Source: a virus
Length of the DNA: 64,000 nucleotides
Virus record (IMG/VR): IMGVR_UViG_3300046501_000233
Location: 1-64,000 of that record
Strand: one strand, 5' to 3'
A program made the translations under genes and the position numbers. Position 1 is the first letter of the stretch; each line of letters opens with the position of its first letter. Below the pieces are notes generated by a model. That model worked only from the letters and a program-made list of their open reading frames with translations. It made no database searches and was not told the DNA's origin. This document shows, one piece after another, positions 56,208 to 64,000 of this stretch.

Positions 56208-56613
56208 TGAAGGAGCCGCCGCGGCGCTTGATGTTCAGGTCGGTGTCACCCGTCCCGTCGCCATCAGTGTCCTGCGGCGGAAGGCCGAGGCCGACCTTGC
56301 CCTGGCTGATCTTGTCGAGCAGAGCGAGTGCATCCTCGTAGCGGACGCGCATTTCATCGGTCCGGCCGCCGCGCTGAAGGGCGATCTTGTAGACCGCAAT
56401 ATCGATCGCGCAGTTGCGGACGACTCCGGGGACTGCCGGGAGCGGCAGCGAATATTGGGCTGACAGATAGGCGTCGCAGATCTCGTCTGCGGAAGCCAAT
56501 CCACGATCGACAATCGCCGGGTCGGGGGTGCCGTCCCGGTCGTTGTCAGCCAAACGAACAAGGAGGTCTTCGCCGTAGAGATTGTCGATATCTTCCTTGG
56601 TCGCGTAGGGCAT
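56191..56613 (-). CDS. gp436/DUF1320 (Mu gp36-like) head-tail connector
   Basis: YAT..D...A...DAYL..QY.LPL...DIAVY....RYEDA...L..I..GKV.LG. Confidence 0.88.
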   Translation of the reverse strand: MPYATKEDIDNLYGEDLLVRLADNDRDGTPDPAIVDRGLASADEICDAYLSAQYSLPLPAVPGVVRNCAIDIAVYKIALQRGGRTDEMRVRYEDALALLDKISQGKVGLGLPPQDTDGDGTGDTDLNIKRRGGSFNASRA

Positions 56614-57017
56614 TACTTGTCCTTAGCCTTGTCGGCTTTCGCCTTTGCCTTCTTCGCAGCGGCGGCCTTTTCAGCAGCTTCCTTTTCGGTAGCAGCCTTC
56701 TCAGCAGCAGCCTTCTCAGCAGCAGCCTTTTCAGCAGCAGCCTTTTCAGCAGCTTCCTTCTCGGCAGCAGCTTTTTCAGCGGCTTCCTTTTCGGCAGCGG
56801 CAGCGATGGCAGTGTCGTCGGCGGGGTCAGAGGTTGACGTCGAGGCCGGGTTGTCAGCAGGCACCTTGGCCTCGGCGGCAACCACAGTCTCGTCGCCCTC
56901 GGCATAGTCCGGCAGCATGGCAGCGCGCTGGGCGCGGACTTCTTCGCTCACCAGCCGGCGGTTATTGCGCAGCTTGGCGGCGGCCTCACGGGCGCGGTAG
57001 CCCTTGGGGACGATCAT
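56613..57017 (-). CDS. Capsid-adjacent protein with (EKAAA)n repeats
   Basis: About 9 tandem EKAAA/EKEAA units. Confidence 0.7.
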   Translation of the reverse strand: MIVPKGYRAREAAAKLRNNRRLVSEEVRAQRAAMLPDYAEGDETVVAAEAKVPADNPASTSTSDPADDTAIAAAAEKEAAEKAAAEKEAAEKAAAEKAAAEKAAAEKAATEKEAAEKAAAAKKAKAKADKAKDK

Positions 57018-57084
57018 ACGGGTGTTTCTCCAAACAAAAGCAAAACCCCTCCCGGCGAACCGAGAGGGGCAATTGCGTTGAGGC

Positions 57085-58062
57085 TTAGGCGGCCAGCATG
57101 TGCTTGAACGCGACGATGCGGATCAGCTTGCTGTCGTACACGCGCTCCCAGTTCGTGCCGGTGGCGAGTTCAGCGTTGGTCGGCGTGACGCCGGCCGAGC
57201 TGCCCTTCCACTTCACGCCGCGGGGGTGCATGACCCACTGGCGACGGTTCACGATGTACTCCTGGCCCATGCCCTTCAGAGCCTGGCGCTCCACTTCGAC
57301 CGGCACCTTCGGCGACTTCTCGCCGTAGCCGATCGCGCCCTGACCGAAGATGTAGGTCGTGAACACGCGGGTTGCGCCCGCGCCCGACACCGGCATGCTG
57401 TCATCCTCGATGACGGTCTTGCCCATGTAGGTCGGGATGGTGAGCTTGCCCTGGCTGTCGGCCACGTAGTCGATGAGGTCAGCCTTGACCATCGCCTTCA
57501 GGGTCAGCGAGTGAACGGCAACGCCGGTCAGGCCACCCTGCTCGTCGCCGAGCAAGAACGCCGAGTCGATGAACGAGTCAGCATCGAAATACTGAGCGCC
57601 GCCGGTGCCGGCCGAGATGTCATTGACGTTCGCAGCCATCGTAGCTGCGCCCATCGCGCCGGCCAGCGAGGCGAGCAGCGCCTTCTGGAAGCGGATGTCC
57701 CACCAGGTGGCGAAGCGGTCAGCGATCGCTTCGATCGGATCGGCGCCGGACAGGTCGGCCGCGAGGTCCGACGTACCGAATGCCTTACCGCGCAGCAGCT
57801 TCACTGCCACGTCCTGGCCGGTCGTCATACGACCAACGGTCAGGTCAGCGGTGTCGTCGAGCACGACTTCGGCGTCCTCGGAGTCGAGGTCGTTGAAGAA
57901 GGGCATGTTGACGGTCTTGCCGGCGATTTCGGCGTCGATCGTCGAGGTCAGGTCGGTGATGATACCCGACTGGAAGAGCCGCGACTTCTGGGTCGTCAGC
58001 GTCTGGACGTAGTTGTTGAACTTGGTCGGGACAATCATGTCCGCGAGACGGGTCTCAGTCAT
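57085..58062 (-). CDS. Major capsid protein
   Basis: Follows the scaffold; T.LAD.IVP..F..Y, NMPFFNDL, DL..DLSGADP, HPRG.KW; strong codon bias. Confidence 0.9.
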   Translation of the reverse strand: MTETRLADMIVPTKFNNYVQTLTTQKSRLFQSGIITDLTSTIDAEIAGKTVNMPFFNDLDSEDAEVVLDDTADLTVGRMTTGQDVAVKLLRGKAFGTSDLAADLSGADPIEAIADRFATWWDIRFQKALLASLAGAMGAATMAANVNDISAGTGGAQYFDADSFIDSAFLLGDEQGGLTGVAVHSLTLKAMVKADLIDYVADSQGKLTIPTYMGKTVIEDDSMPVSGAGATRVFTTYIFGQGAIGYGEKSPKVPVEVERQALKGMGQEYIVNRRQWVMHPRGVKWKGSSAGVTPTNAELATGTNWERVYDSKLIRIVAFKHMLAA

Positions 58063-58104
58063 TTCTCACTCTTGAGGTTCTGACTGGCCTGACCCCTGAA
58101 ACGC

Positions 58105-58131
58105 AAAAAGCCGCCCCCGAGGGAGCGGCTT
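58105..58131 (-). terminator. Intrinsic terminator-like hairpin between scaffold and capsid genes
   Basis: AAGCCGCTCCCTCGGGGGCGGCTTTTTGCGTTTC on minus. Confidence 0.65.
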
Positions 58132-58157
58132 CGTATTCGTGCGAGCTGCGTGAAGAC

Positions 58158-59042
58158 TTAGTCTTCGACGCCGGCTTCTGCCTTCAGGCGCTTGGCCAGT
58201 TCTGGTTTGGTGTTTTCGAGCAGCATCTGCTGCGTGAAGTTCCGGCTCTCTTCCTTCCAGGGGTTCTTTTCCTTGGAAGCAGGAGCGCCGTGGTTGGCCG
58301 GCTTGACGCCGATGCCGCGCTTGTCGTCGGGCTTGAACAGTCCAGCCCGCGTCTCGCGGATCTCACCAAGGAGATCTGCGACCGAAACTGGGGTGCCCAG
58401 GTGGTCCTTGATCCGGGGATTGCCGTTGGCATCGATCACGTCCACCTTGATCTGCCCATCGACCAACGAGGTCTTGATGGACTTGGTGGCGATCATCTCG
58501 ATGGCTTCGCGCGCATCATCCAGCGGATTGAGTTTTGCAAGTTCATCCTTGATGGCGTTGTCGCGCATCAGAGTCTGAAGCTGCCCCGTGAGGCTGCCGA
58601 TCGTCTTCTCCGCGCCGGTGACCTTCTGGGTCAGCTCGGTCTCGCGCAGAGTGAACTGCTGAGTGAGCTGGTCCTTGAGGGTGCCGAACTTGGTGTTGGC
58701 GATCGCTTCAGCTTCTTTCTCGGGATCGAGTGCTGACAGTCGTGCTGCAGTTTCCATGGCGGTGCGAGCCGCGTCCGGAGTGATGTCACCGAAGGCCGTA
58801 GCACGCTCGATGGCGGTGCGGGCGACGGTGGGATCCAGGCCTTCGAAAGGCTGGAGCTGCGCCTTCAAGACTGAAACGCTCTGGCGCTCGGCGCCGAGGG
58901 CGGTCTTGAGACCGGTGACATTGTCGAGTTCGAAGCCTTCGACCGGCGTTACGTTGACATAGAACTTCCCGTTCCGTTCGACGTAAAACCCGCGATGCGC
59001 TTCATCGACGGTGTTGAGATCAGTAACGACTGCTTTAAGCAT
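58158..59042 (-). CDS. Capsid scaffolding protein
   Basis: MLKAVV.DL..VDE.HR.FY.E..GKF...GLKTALGAER, coiled coil, NPWK..S.NFTQQ; start set at ATG 59042. Confidence 0.8.
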   Translation of the reverse strand: MLKAVVTDLNTVDEAHRGFYVERNGKFYVNVTPVEGFELDNVTGLKTALGAERQSVSVLKAQLQPFEGLDPTVARTAIERATAFGDITPDAARTAMETAARLSALDPEKEAEAIANTKFGTLKDQLTQQFTLRETELTQKVTGAEKTIGSLTGQLQTLMRDNAIKDELAKLNPLDDAREAIEMIATKSIKTSLVDGQIKVDVIDANGNPRIKDHLGTPVSVADLLGEIRETRAGLFKPDDKRGIGVKPANHGAPASKEKNPWKEESRNFTQQMLLENTKPELAKRLKAEAGVED

Positions 59043-59398
59043 ATCCATCCCGGAAATGCGGGGCATCCCGCCCCTCGTAGAGAAAAGACCTTCAGCATCC
59101 CGCCGAAGGTCCGGTGTCATCCCCGAGGTTCGGGGAATCGGTAGAGACAGCACTGATCGTTCCAAGGGCCATCCCGGCTCTCGGTTGGTTTGATCAGCGA
59201 TGTCGAATTGGTGCGTAGGGCCGGAGACGATCCAGCACCTACACGGTAGGTTCTCAGCGGCGGCGCGGGCGTGCGACGCGCTCTTTAGGCATCCCTGCTC
59301 GTCTTGGTGGAGTGCGAGCTGGGACCGCTGAAGTCGCGCTCGACTGGTGGCACCCAGGAGCGCGAAAAAGAGAGGGCCGCTTCGCCGCATCCCGCGGC
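59039..59398 (-). ncRNA. Highly structured 5' leader with five GGGAU-loop hairpins
   Basis: Hairpins at 59384-59398, 59162-59184, 59087-59111, 59060-59074 and 59039-59059 have different stems but the same loop; additional stems lie between them. Confidence 0.7.
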
Positions 59399-59399
59399 A

Positions 59400-59437
59400 G
59401 AAACGAAAAAGCCCGCCGCGAATGAACGGGGCGGGCT
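59400..59437 (-). terminator. Intrinsic terminator immediately upstream of the structured leader
   Basis: AGCCCGCC...GGCGGGCT followed by TTTTCGTTTC on minus. Confidence 0.75.
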
Positions 59438-59459
59438 GTCTTGGATCTTGGTGTTGCGC

Positions 59460-59747
59460 TTATGCAGCGCTGCGCAATGCCTCGGGCTCGATCACCGTGT
59501 ACTGGGTGAAGGTCTCGGGCTTGCAAAATTCTATGATGCCGTCCTCGTGGAGGAGGACGATGTCTCCTGCGATGCAGGAGAGGATGCCGAAGGGGGAGAG
59601 CGTCGAGAACCCGCCCTTGTTGTTGATTTGCAGCTCACCCGACTGGATGCGCTCGATCAACCACTGCGGCGGCGTGTCGTCAGCAATCTGACCCCAGAGA
59701 GGCAACTTGAAGGCTTGGACAATCGAAAGTCGTTCGAGCAGCTTCAC
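59460..59747 (-). CDS. Conserved phage hypothetical protein
   Basis: GDIVL...G....CKPETF...Y motif; GGAG RBS with GTG start. Confidence 0.6.
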   Translation of the reverse strand: MKLLERLSIVQAFKLPLWGQIADDTPPQWLIERIQSGELQINNKGGFSTLSPFGILSCIAGDIVLLHEDGIIEFCKPETFTQYTVIEPEALRSAA

Positions 59748-59853
59748 GGGCACTCCATTTGCATTCTGCATGACTTATACGCACGGTTGGGCGCATTTGT
59801 CAACCCCTGTAGAGCAAAAAGCAAAACAAAATGCAAATGAGTTCGAACTGTGG

Positions 59854-59991
59854 TCAGTTCTTGGCCGCAATGCGGAAAATAAACCACGCAACCAGGGCAA
59901 AGGGTGTCATCAGCCCGAGACCAACGGCGAGGAGAACGATGCCGGCCGCCTTGCGGGCGGGGCTGATCTTGACGGGGGGTGCTTCAGACAT
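59854..59991 (-). CDS. Small membrane protein (45 aa, not in ORF track)
   Basis: MSEAPPVKISPARKAAGIVLLAVGLGLMTPFALVAWFIFRIAAKN; overlaps the upstream stop. Confidence 0.5.
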   Translation of the reverse strand: MSEAPPVKISPARKAAGIVLLAVGLGLMTPFALVAWFIFRIAAKN

Positions 59992-60286
59992 TGGAGGCCT
60001 TTGCAGGATGCAGCGGCGTGACCGAGGCGGCGGTGCGCTTCTCCCCGCGCTTACGCGGAGGCTTAGACACCGTCGCCTTGTCGTTCATGACCGACCGGCG
60101 GGTTTTGACGTCGAACTTCGGCTTGAAGCACACGGCGCAGCAGTAGGCCTCACTTCCAACGAGCTTGCCCATGAACACCACGGAGGCGGGGATCATCCGG
60201 ACGAGCGCCCGGACGTCTTCCCCACGCTCCTTGGAGCAGGGCTCGCATCGGTATTCCGATGCTTCAATGTTGAGAACGATTGCCAT
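59984..60286 (-). CDS. Zn-ribbon protein with basic tail
   Basis: CEPC...CAVC; KPPRKRGEKR. Confidence 0.55.
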   Translation of the reverse strand: MAIVLNIEASEYRCEPCSKERGEDVRALVRMIPASVVFMGKLVGSEAYCCAVCFKPKFDVKTRRSVMNDKATVSKPPRKRGEKRTAASVTPLHPAKASNV

Positions 60287-60325
60287 TTGCTTTCGGCTAC
60301 CATGCGCTTGCAAGCGCGTCAACGA

Positions 60326-61894
60326 TCAAACCTCGCGCGTCGGACGGCTCTGGCCGTTCGGGAAGTCAAACGTCTTCTTGGCCGGAGCGTTCCCTTCTGT
60401 GTCGCCCGCTTCAGCGTCTGGGTGCTCGATCGTTGTCTTGGCGCCGGGGTCCGACGTCAGTTCGCCGGACGAGATCAGCGCATCGACCTTGGACCAGAAC
60501 GCGATCTCCTCGTCCTTACTGAACTCGGCGCTCAGCAAGTTGCGATTGACCATCTCGTCCAGCAAGACCGGACGGGAGATGCCGCGCTTTTCCCAGAGCT
60601 TCACGAGCTGGGCGATCTCGGTGATCTTGTCCTTGGTGTTCGAGAACTCCGTGTTCAGTGCGACCGTCACGTTGCTGTAATCGGCGCCGGTCCACTGGCT
60701 CATGAACCGGATGGCCTTCTCGATCGTGTCCTGCGCATTGATCGCCATATCGTGGACGACCGAGTGGACTCGGGTCTCCTGGATGTCGCGCTCGTTCTGC
60801 GGCACATACTGGCGGTGCGTGCCCGTGACCGGGTTCAGCGCCATCATGTCCATCTGCATTTCGAGGGCGTTGAGATCCTTGAAGCCGGACTCGATCGCAG
60901 TGCCCTTGGGTTCGACGTAATACCAGCGGCCATTGGCCTCGGGCGCGTAGAGCACTTTCCAAGGGCCGATCTCGAAGCCGGTCTGATCGTCCGGGTCGAT
61001 CTGCACGCCGGAGCACGCCAGCATCGGGAAGCGGGCGGCCGACAGGATCGAGCGCTGATCCGACGTCGAGATCCAGTGCTCGATCTGCTTGTAGGCCAGA
61101 TCGATGAACACCGGACGCACGAGATAGTCGGCTTCCTTTTCACCGGCATAGAACGTGGCGAACGGCACCTCGGCCATTTCGATCGGGGTCTCTTCGATAA
61201 AGTCCCAGTTCGAACCGCCGGACGTCGCCTTCTGCTCCCAGAGCTGAACGATGCCCTTGGTGCTGCCGGGGTCGACCTCGATCACACGCATCTGGTTGTA
61301 GAGGACTTCCTTGAAGCCTTCACGCGCCGAGCGCTGACCGCGGATGCGGACGTGGACAGTCTTGGTGTCGCCGCCGACGTATTCGTCATAGGCAGCCGCC
61401 ACGTCGTCCACCTTGTAGAGCTTCATGAAAGGACGAGCGCCGGACTGCTTCTGCTCGGCGAGGTTCTTCATGTTGAAGGTGTCAGGGTGATCGACCAGGA
61501 CGTGCGACATGCCGTCCAGAAAGCCGTTGTTGAACATCTGGTGGGCAAAGACGTGCAGGTGATTGCCCTGCAGATCGATGTCCTGCTGCCACAGGTCGAG
61601 ATCGGGCGTTGAGTTCGTGAGCTTGAGCAGCGTACGGAACGGCTTGGCTGACGCAGCGTCCACAGCCTCGCGCAGCTTGTTCAACGCGAAGGTCGAAGCG
61701 AGCCGCGCATTGTAACGCAGGTCGCTCTCCTTCTCGTACTGCGGAAGGAAGCTCTTGCCCTGCGCACGCATGGTCTCGGTGCCGCCATAGACGGCGCGGA
61801 GCATCGCGGTGCGCTCCCGCATGGTGGCGGCTGCCGAAGACAGTTCGCCGGGATTACCCGACTGTGGAGACGGGGTGTAAACGATATCGACCAT
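60326..61894 (-). CDS. Portal protein (DUF4055-like)
   Basis: GGT..MR..G..FLPQ...E....Y..RL; DIDLQGN.L..FA; follows terL. Confidence 0.85.
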   Translation of the reverse strand: MVDIVYTPSPQSGNPGELSSAAATMRERTAMLRAVYGGTETMRAQGKSFLPQYEKESDLRYNARLASTFALNKLREAVDAASAKPFRTLLKLTNSTPDLDLWQQDIDLQGNHLHVFAHQMFNNGFLDGMSHVLVDHPDTFNMKNLAEQKQSGARPFMKLYKVDDVAAAYDEYVGGDTKTVHVRIRGQRSAREGFKEVLYNQMRVIEVDPGSTKGIVQLWEQKATSGGSNWDFIEETPIEMAEVPFATFYAGEKEADYLVRPVFIDLAYKQIEHWISTSDQRSILSAARFPMLACSGVQIDPDDQTGFEIGPWKVLYAPEANGRWYYVEPKGTAIESGFKDLNALEMQMDMMALNPVTGTHRQYVPQNERDIQETRVHSVVHDMAINAQDTIEKAIRFMSQWTGADYSNVTVALNTEFSNTKDKITEIAQLVKLWEKRGISRPVLLDEMVNRNLLSAEFSKDEEIAFWSKVDALISSGELTSDPGAKTTIEHPDAEAGDTEGNAPAKKTFDFPNGQSRPTREV

Positions 61895-61912
61895 TTCTGG
61901 TGTGTCCTGACA

Positions 61913-63376
61913 TTACCAGTCAAGGATCACGGCGCGACGGGGGCCGAGCAGCGAGTTGAATGCGTCAGACGCGGCATCGACCTGGTCGTCGTTGACACCG
62001 AGCGGGAATAGCTCCAGCTCGTCGAGGAACGCTTGGTTCCAGCTGCCTCTGACCAGTTTGACGTTTCGCGCTTCGCACTGCGCCGCAAATGCGGACGCTC
62101 GCGTTTCTTTCGGACCCGTGGGACGGATTGCCTTGACGTTATAGCCGGCGAGCCGGCGGATGAAACTCTGGGCCTGGCTCTTGCCGGCCTGACCTGGATC
62201 TTGCGGAAGGAAGATCTGCGTGGAGCGACCGTCCTCTGCTGCGGTCGAGAAGACCTTTCGCTCGACAGCCAGCGGCGTGTCGCGCATGCGGATGACGTTC
62301 TCGATGTAGAAGATGCCAGCAGAGTCCTTGGACATCTTGACGCCGACCGTGTAGTCGCCGTCCTTCGATGCCGCGAGATCCCAAGCCCGCACGACCGATC
62401 GCTTGGCCGGCAGCTCATTCACGATCTCGAACCACGAGGCCTTGAACATGCCGCCGTCGTCGGACATCGGCTTCTGCTGATAGAGAGCCGCAAACGACCG
62501 CTCGCCGAGAACGTCCTGACGATCCATCAGAGCGGCGTAGGAGAAACGGTTGGGAGCCAATGGCTCGTTCGGCATGCGCCGCAGCGGATCGCCGGGCACC
62601 GTGCCGTCATCGTTGAGGATCAGCTCCTTGGTGCCGTCTTCCTTGGTGATCGACTTGGTGTACGGGAGCGCCGGCAGATACAGGATTTCCCAGGGGAGAC
62701 CCTTGCCGTCGTTCATCAGCTCGATAAGGCGGCCGGCGATGTCGTCGTAGTGCCAGCGCGTGAGCGTGAGCACGATTGCCGCGTCTTCTTCGAGACGGGT
62801 GTAGACGACGTCTCGATACCAGGCCCACTGGTCTTCGCGGAAACCTGGCGACTCCACTTCCTTTCGATCCTTGATCGGATCGTCGATGAGGAAGAGATGG
62901 GCGCCCTTACCGGTCGTGCCCGAGCCGACGCCGACCGCGTAATACTGACCGCCCTGCTCCAGCTGCCAATCGTCTGCGGCGCGCTGGTCGGTTCGGATAC
63001 GGACATCGGGGTAGAGCGTTTGGAACTGCTCGCCCTTGATGATATCGCGGACGTTACGACCGAAGCCGGTGGCGAAGTCGGCGTTGTATGAAGCCGAGAT
63101 GACATTCTTGTGGGGGTTCCGGGCCATGTAATAGGCCGGGAAGCGGCGGGTCGACAGCTCGCTCTTTCCGTGCCGAGGCGGCGCGAAGAGCATCAGACGC
63201 TTGATTTCACCCCGCTCAACAGCCTCAAGCTTCTTCGCCACGATGTGGTGGAAGGGATCGGCGTAGTATTTGGGGAGCGTGTAAGTGGTGAAGTCGATGA
63301 GGTTTTCGCGGCCACGACGGCGATGCAATACCTCGGCTGCCGCCGCCTCGGGTGAGACGTCGGTGAGATCGAGCAC
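61913..63376 (-). CDS. terL: Terminase large subunit
   Basis: APPRHGKS, TGKGA...IDDPIK, TRWH.DD.AG, ALYQQ.P, WDLA, DDQVDA. Confidence 0.95.
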   Translation of the reverse strand: MLDLTDVSPEAAAAEVLHRRRGRENLIDFTTYTLPKYYADPFHHIVAKKLEAVERGEIKRLMLFAPPRHGKSELSTRRFPAYYMARNPHKNVISASYNADFATGFGRNVRDIIKGEQFQTLYPDVRIRTDQRAADDWQLEQGGQYYAVGVGSGTTGKGAHLFLIDDPIKDRKEVESPGFREDQWAWYRDVVYTRLEEDAAIVLTLTRWHYDDIAGRLIELMNDGKGLPWEILYLPALPYTKSITKEDGTKELILNDDGTVPGDPLRRMPNEPLAPNRFSYAALMDRQDVLGERSFAALYQQKPMSDDGGMFKASWFEIVNELPAKRSVVRAWDLAASKDGDYTVGVKMSKDSAGIFYIENVIRMRDTPLAVERKVFSTAAEDGRSTQIFLPQDPGQAGKSQAQSFIRRLAGYNVKAIRPTGPKETRASAFAAQCEARNVKLVRGSWNQAFLDELELFPLGVNDDQVDAASDAFNSLLGPRRAVILDW

Positions 63377-63380
63377 GGTG

Positions 63381-63579
63381 AACTTTCAGTTGAAGTTTAG
63401 ACTCCGCCCGCGGCCTTGCGGCGAACGCCCCCGAAGCGGCGACTTGGGCAGAGTGAAAAAGGAAGACCCCACGCCCGCTGGCCTAGCGGATCGTCATGTG
63501 CTCATGACTCCTGGTGCGGTCAGACGTTCACTGGGTAACTAGATGTCCAGCTGCAGCGTCTGATCCCGAGGGGGGACTT
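63381..63579 (-). ncRNA. Candidate structured RNA upstream of terL
   Basis: Nested stems with C(UUCG)G and GCAA tetraloops and multibranch junctions. Confidence 0.45.
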
Positions 63580-63591
63580 GTTCTCGTGGCC

Positions 63592-64000
63592 TTACTGGCC
63601 GGCGGGCACCTTGCGAACGTAAGGACGTCCGAAGGTCACATCGGCAGCGACAGCGCCAGCGGCGAACGTCAGGTAAGCCTGAAAGCTCGTCGAGGTGTCG
63701 GTGCCAGCCAGTGGCGTGTTGATGGGCGTGCGCAACGTGCCGGACAGCGCGCCCGCTCCGTCCATGACGACGGCTGCAGTCGAACTGGGCGACAGAGCGG
63801 TGTCACAGGATAGCGACAGGGCGCGGAGACCCGTGTGACCCGCAGCGAGGGTGAAGTCGATGCACGCTTCGACCTGATCACCGGCAGCGCCGGAATAGGC
63901 CGCGGTGTTTTGGAAGTTGACCAGACGGCCAGCCGCATTGCTCGTGCCGGAGACCACGATCTTCTGAGCGGCAGCGCCGTTCTGCGTGGTTTTCGAGGCA
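63592..64000 (-). CDS. 3' part of a gene truncated by the window edge (Ala/Gly/Thr-rich, beta-rich)
   Basis: Frame stays open to the end of the window. Confidence 0.6.
   Translation of the reverse strand, partial: ASKTTQNGAAAQKIVVSGTSNAAGRLVNFQNTAAYSGAAGDQVEACIDFTLAAGHTGLRALSLSCDTALSPSSTAAVVMDGAGALSGTLRTPINTPLAGTDTSTSFQAYLTFAAGAVAADVTFGRPYVRKVPAGQ

Noticed and set aside
56640-56805. 15-bp tandem DNA repeat as a regulatory or mobile element
   Set aside because: Fully explained by the EKAAA peptide repeat with varying synonymous codons
59043-59390. 116-aa N-terminal extension of the scaffold given in the ORF track
   Set aside because: Non-protein-like composition, dense RNA structure, and scaffold-like sequence starts at MLKAVV; minor upstream initiation at in-frame loop AUGs is not excluded

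Overview
The window is a 64-kb piece of one temperate, contractile-tailed (myovirus-type) phage genome. It is high-GC and the host is probably alphaproteobacterial (Hyphomicrobiales-like), judged from the tRNA fragment and gene content. I recognised no host chromosomal genes. From left to right: an XRE/S24 repressor-like gene and RuvC; a replication block (HTH initiator with internal iterons, split zinc-finger plus TOPRIM/DnaB primase-helicase, SSB, DnaQ, YqaJ exonuclease); nucleotide metabolism genes (NrdB/NrdA, MazG-like, ThyX, dCMP deaminase, dNMP kinase, two NUDIX); xis-int followed by an intact attP (3' half of a CAU-anticodon tRNA, arm repeats, IHF-like boxes); an accessory region; a T5 A1-like metallophosphoesterase; and, on the minus strand, lysis, P2/Mu-like tail and baseplate, capsid, scaffold, portal and TerL genes. 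The most striking unexplained signals are non-coding. (1) A ~360-nt, almost fully base-paired leader of the scaffold/capsid genes carries five hairpins with an identical GGGAU loop, the last one sequestering the scaffold RBS and AUG. (2) A second multibranch RNA with UUCG and GCAA tetraloops lies directly upstream of terL. (3) TGCAAA/TTGCATGCAA boxes recur at about 15 intergenic promoter regions. (4) A candidate ~75-nt sRNA lies between the A1-like gene and the lysis cassette. All product calls come from motif recognition by eye; no database searches or folding programs were run.
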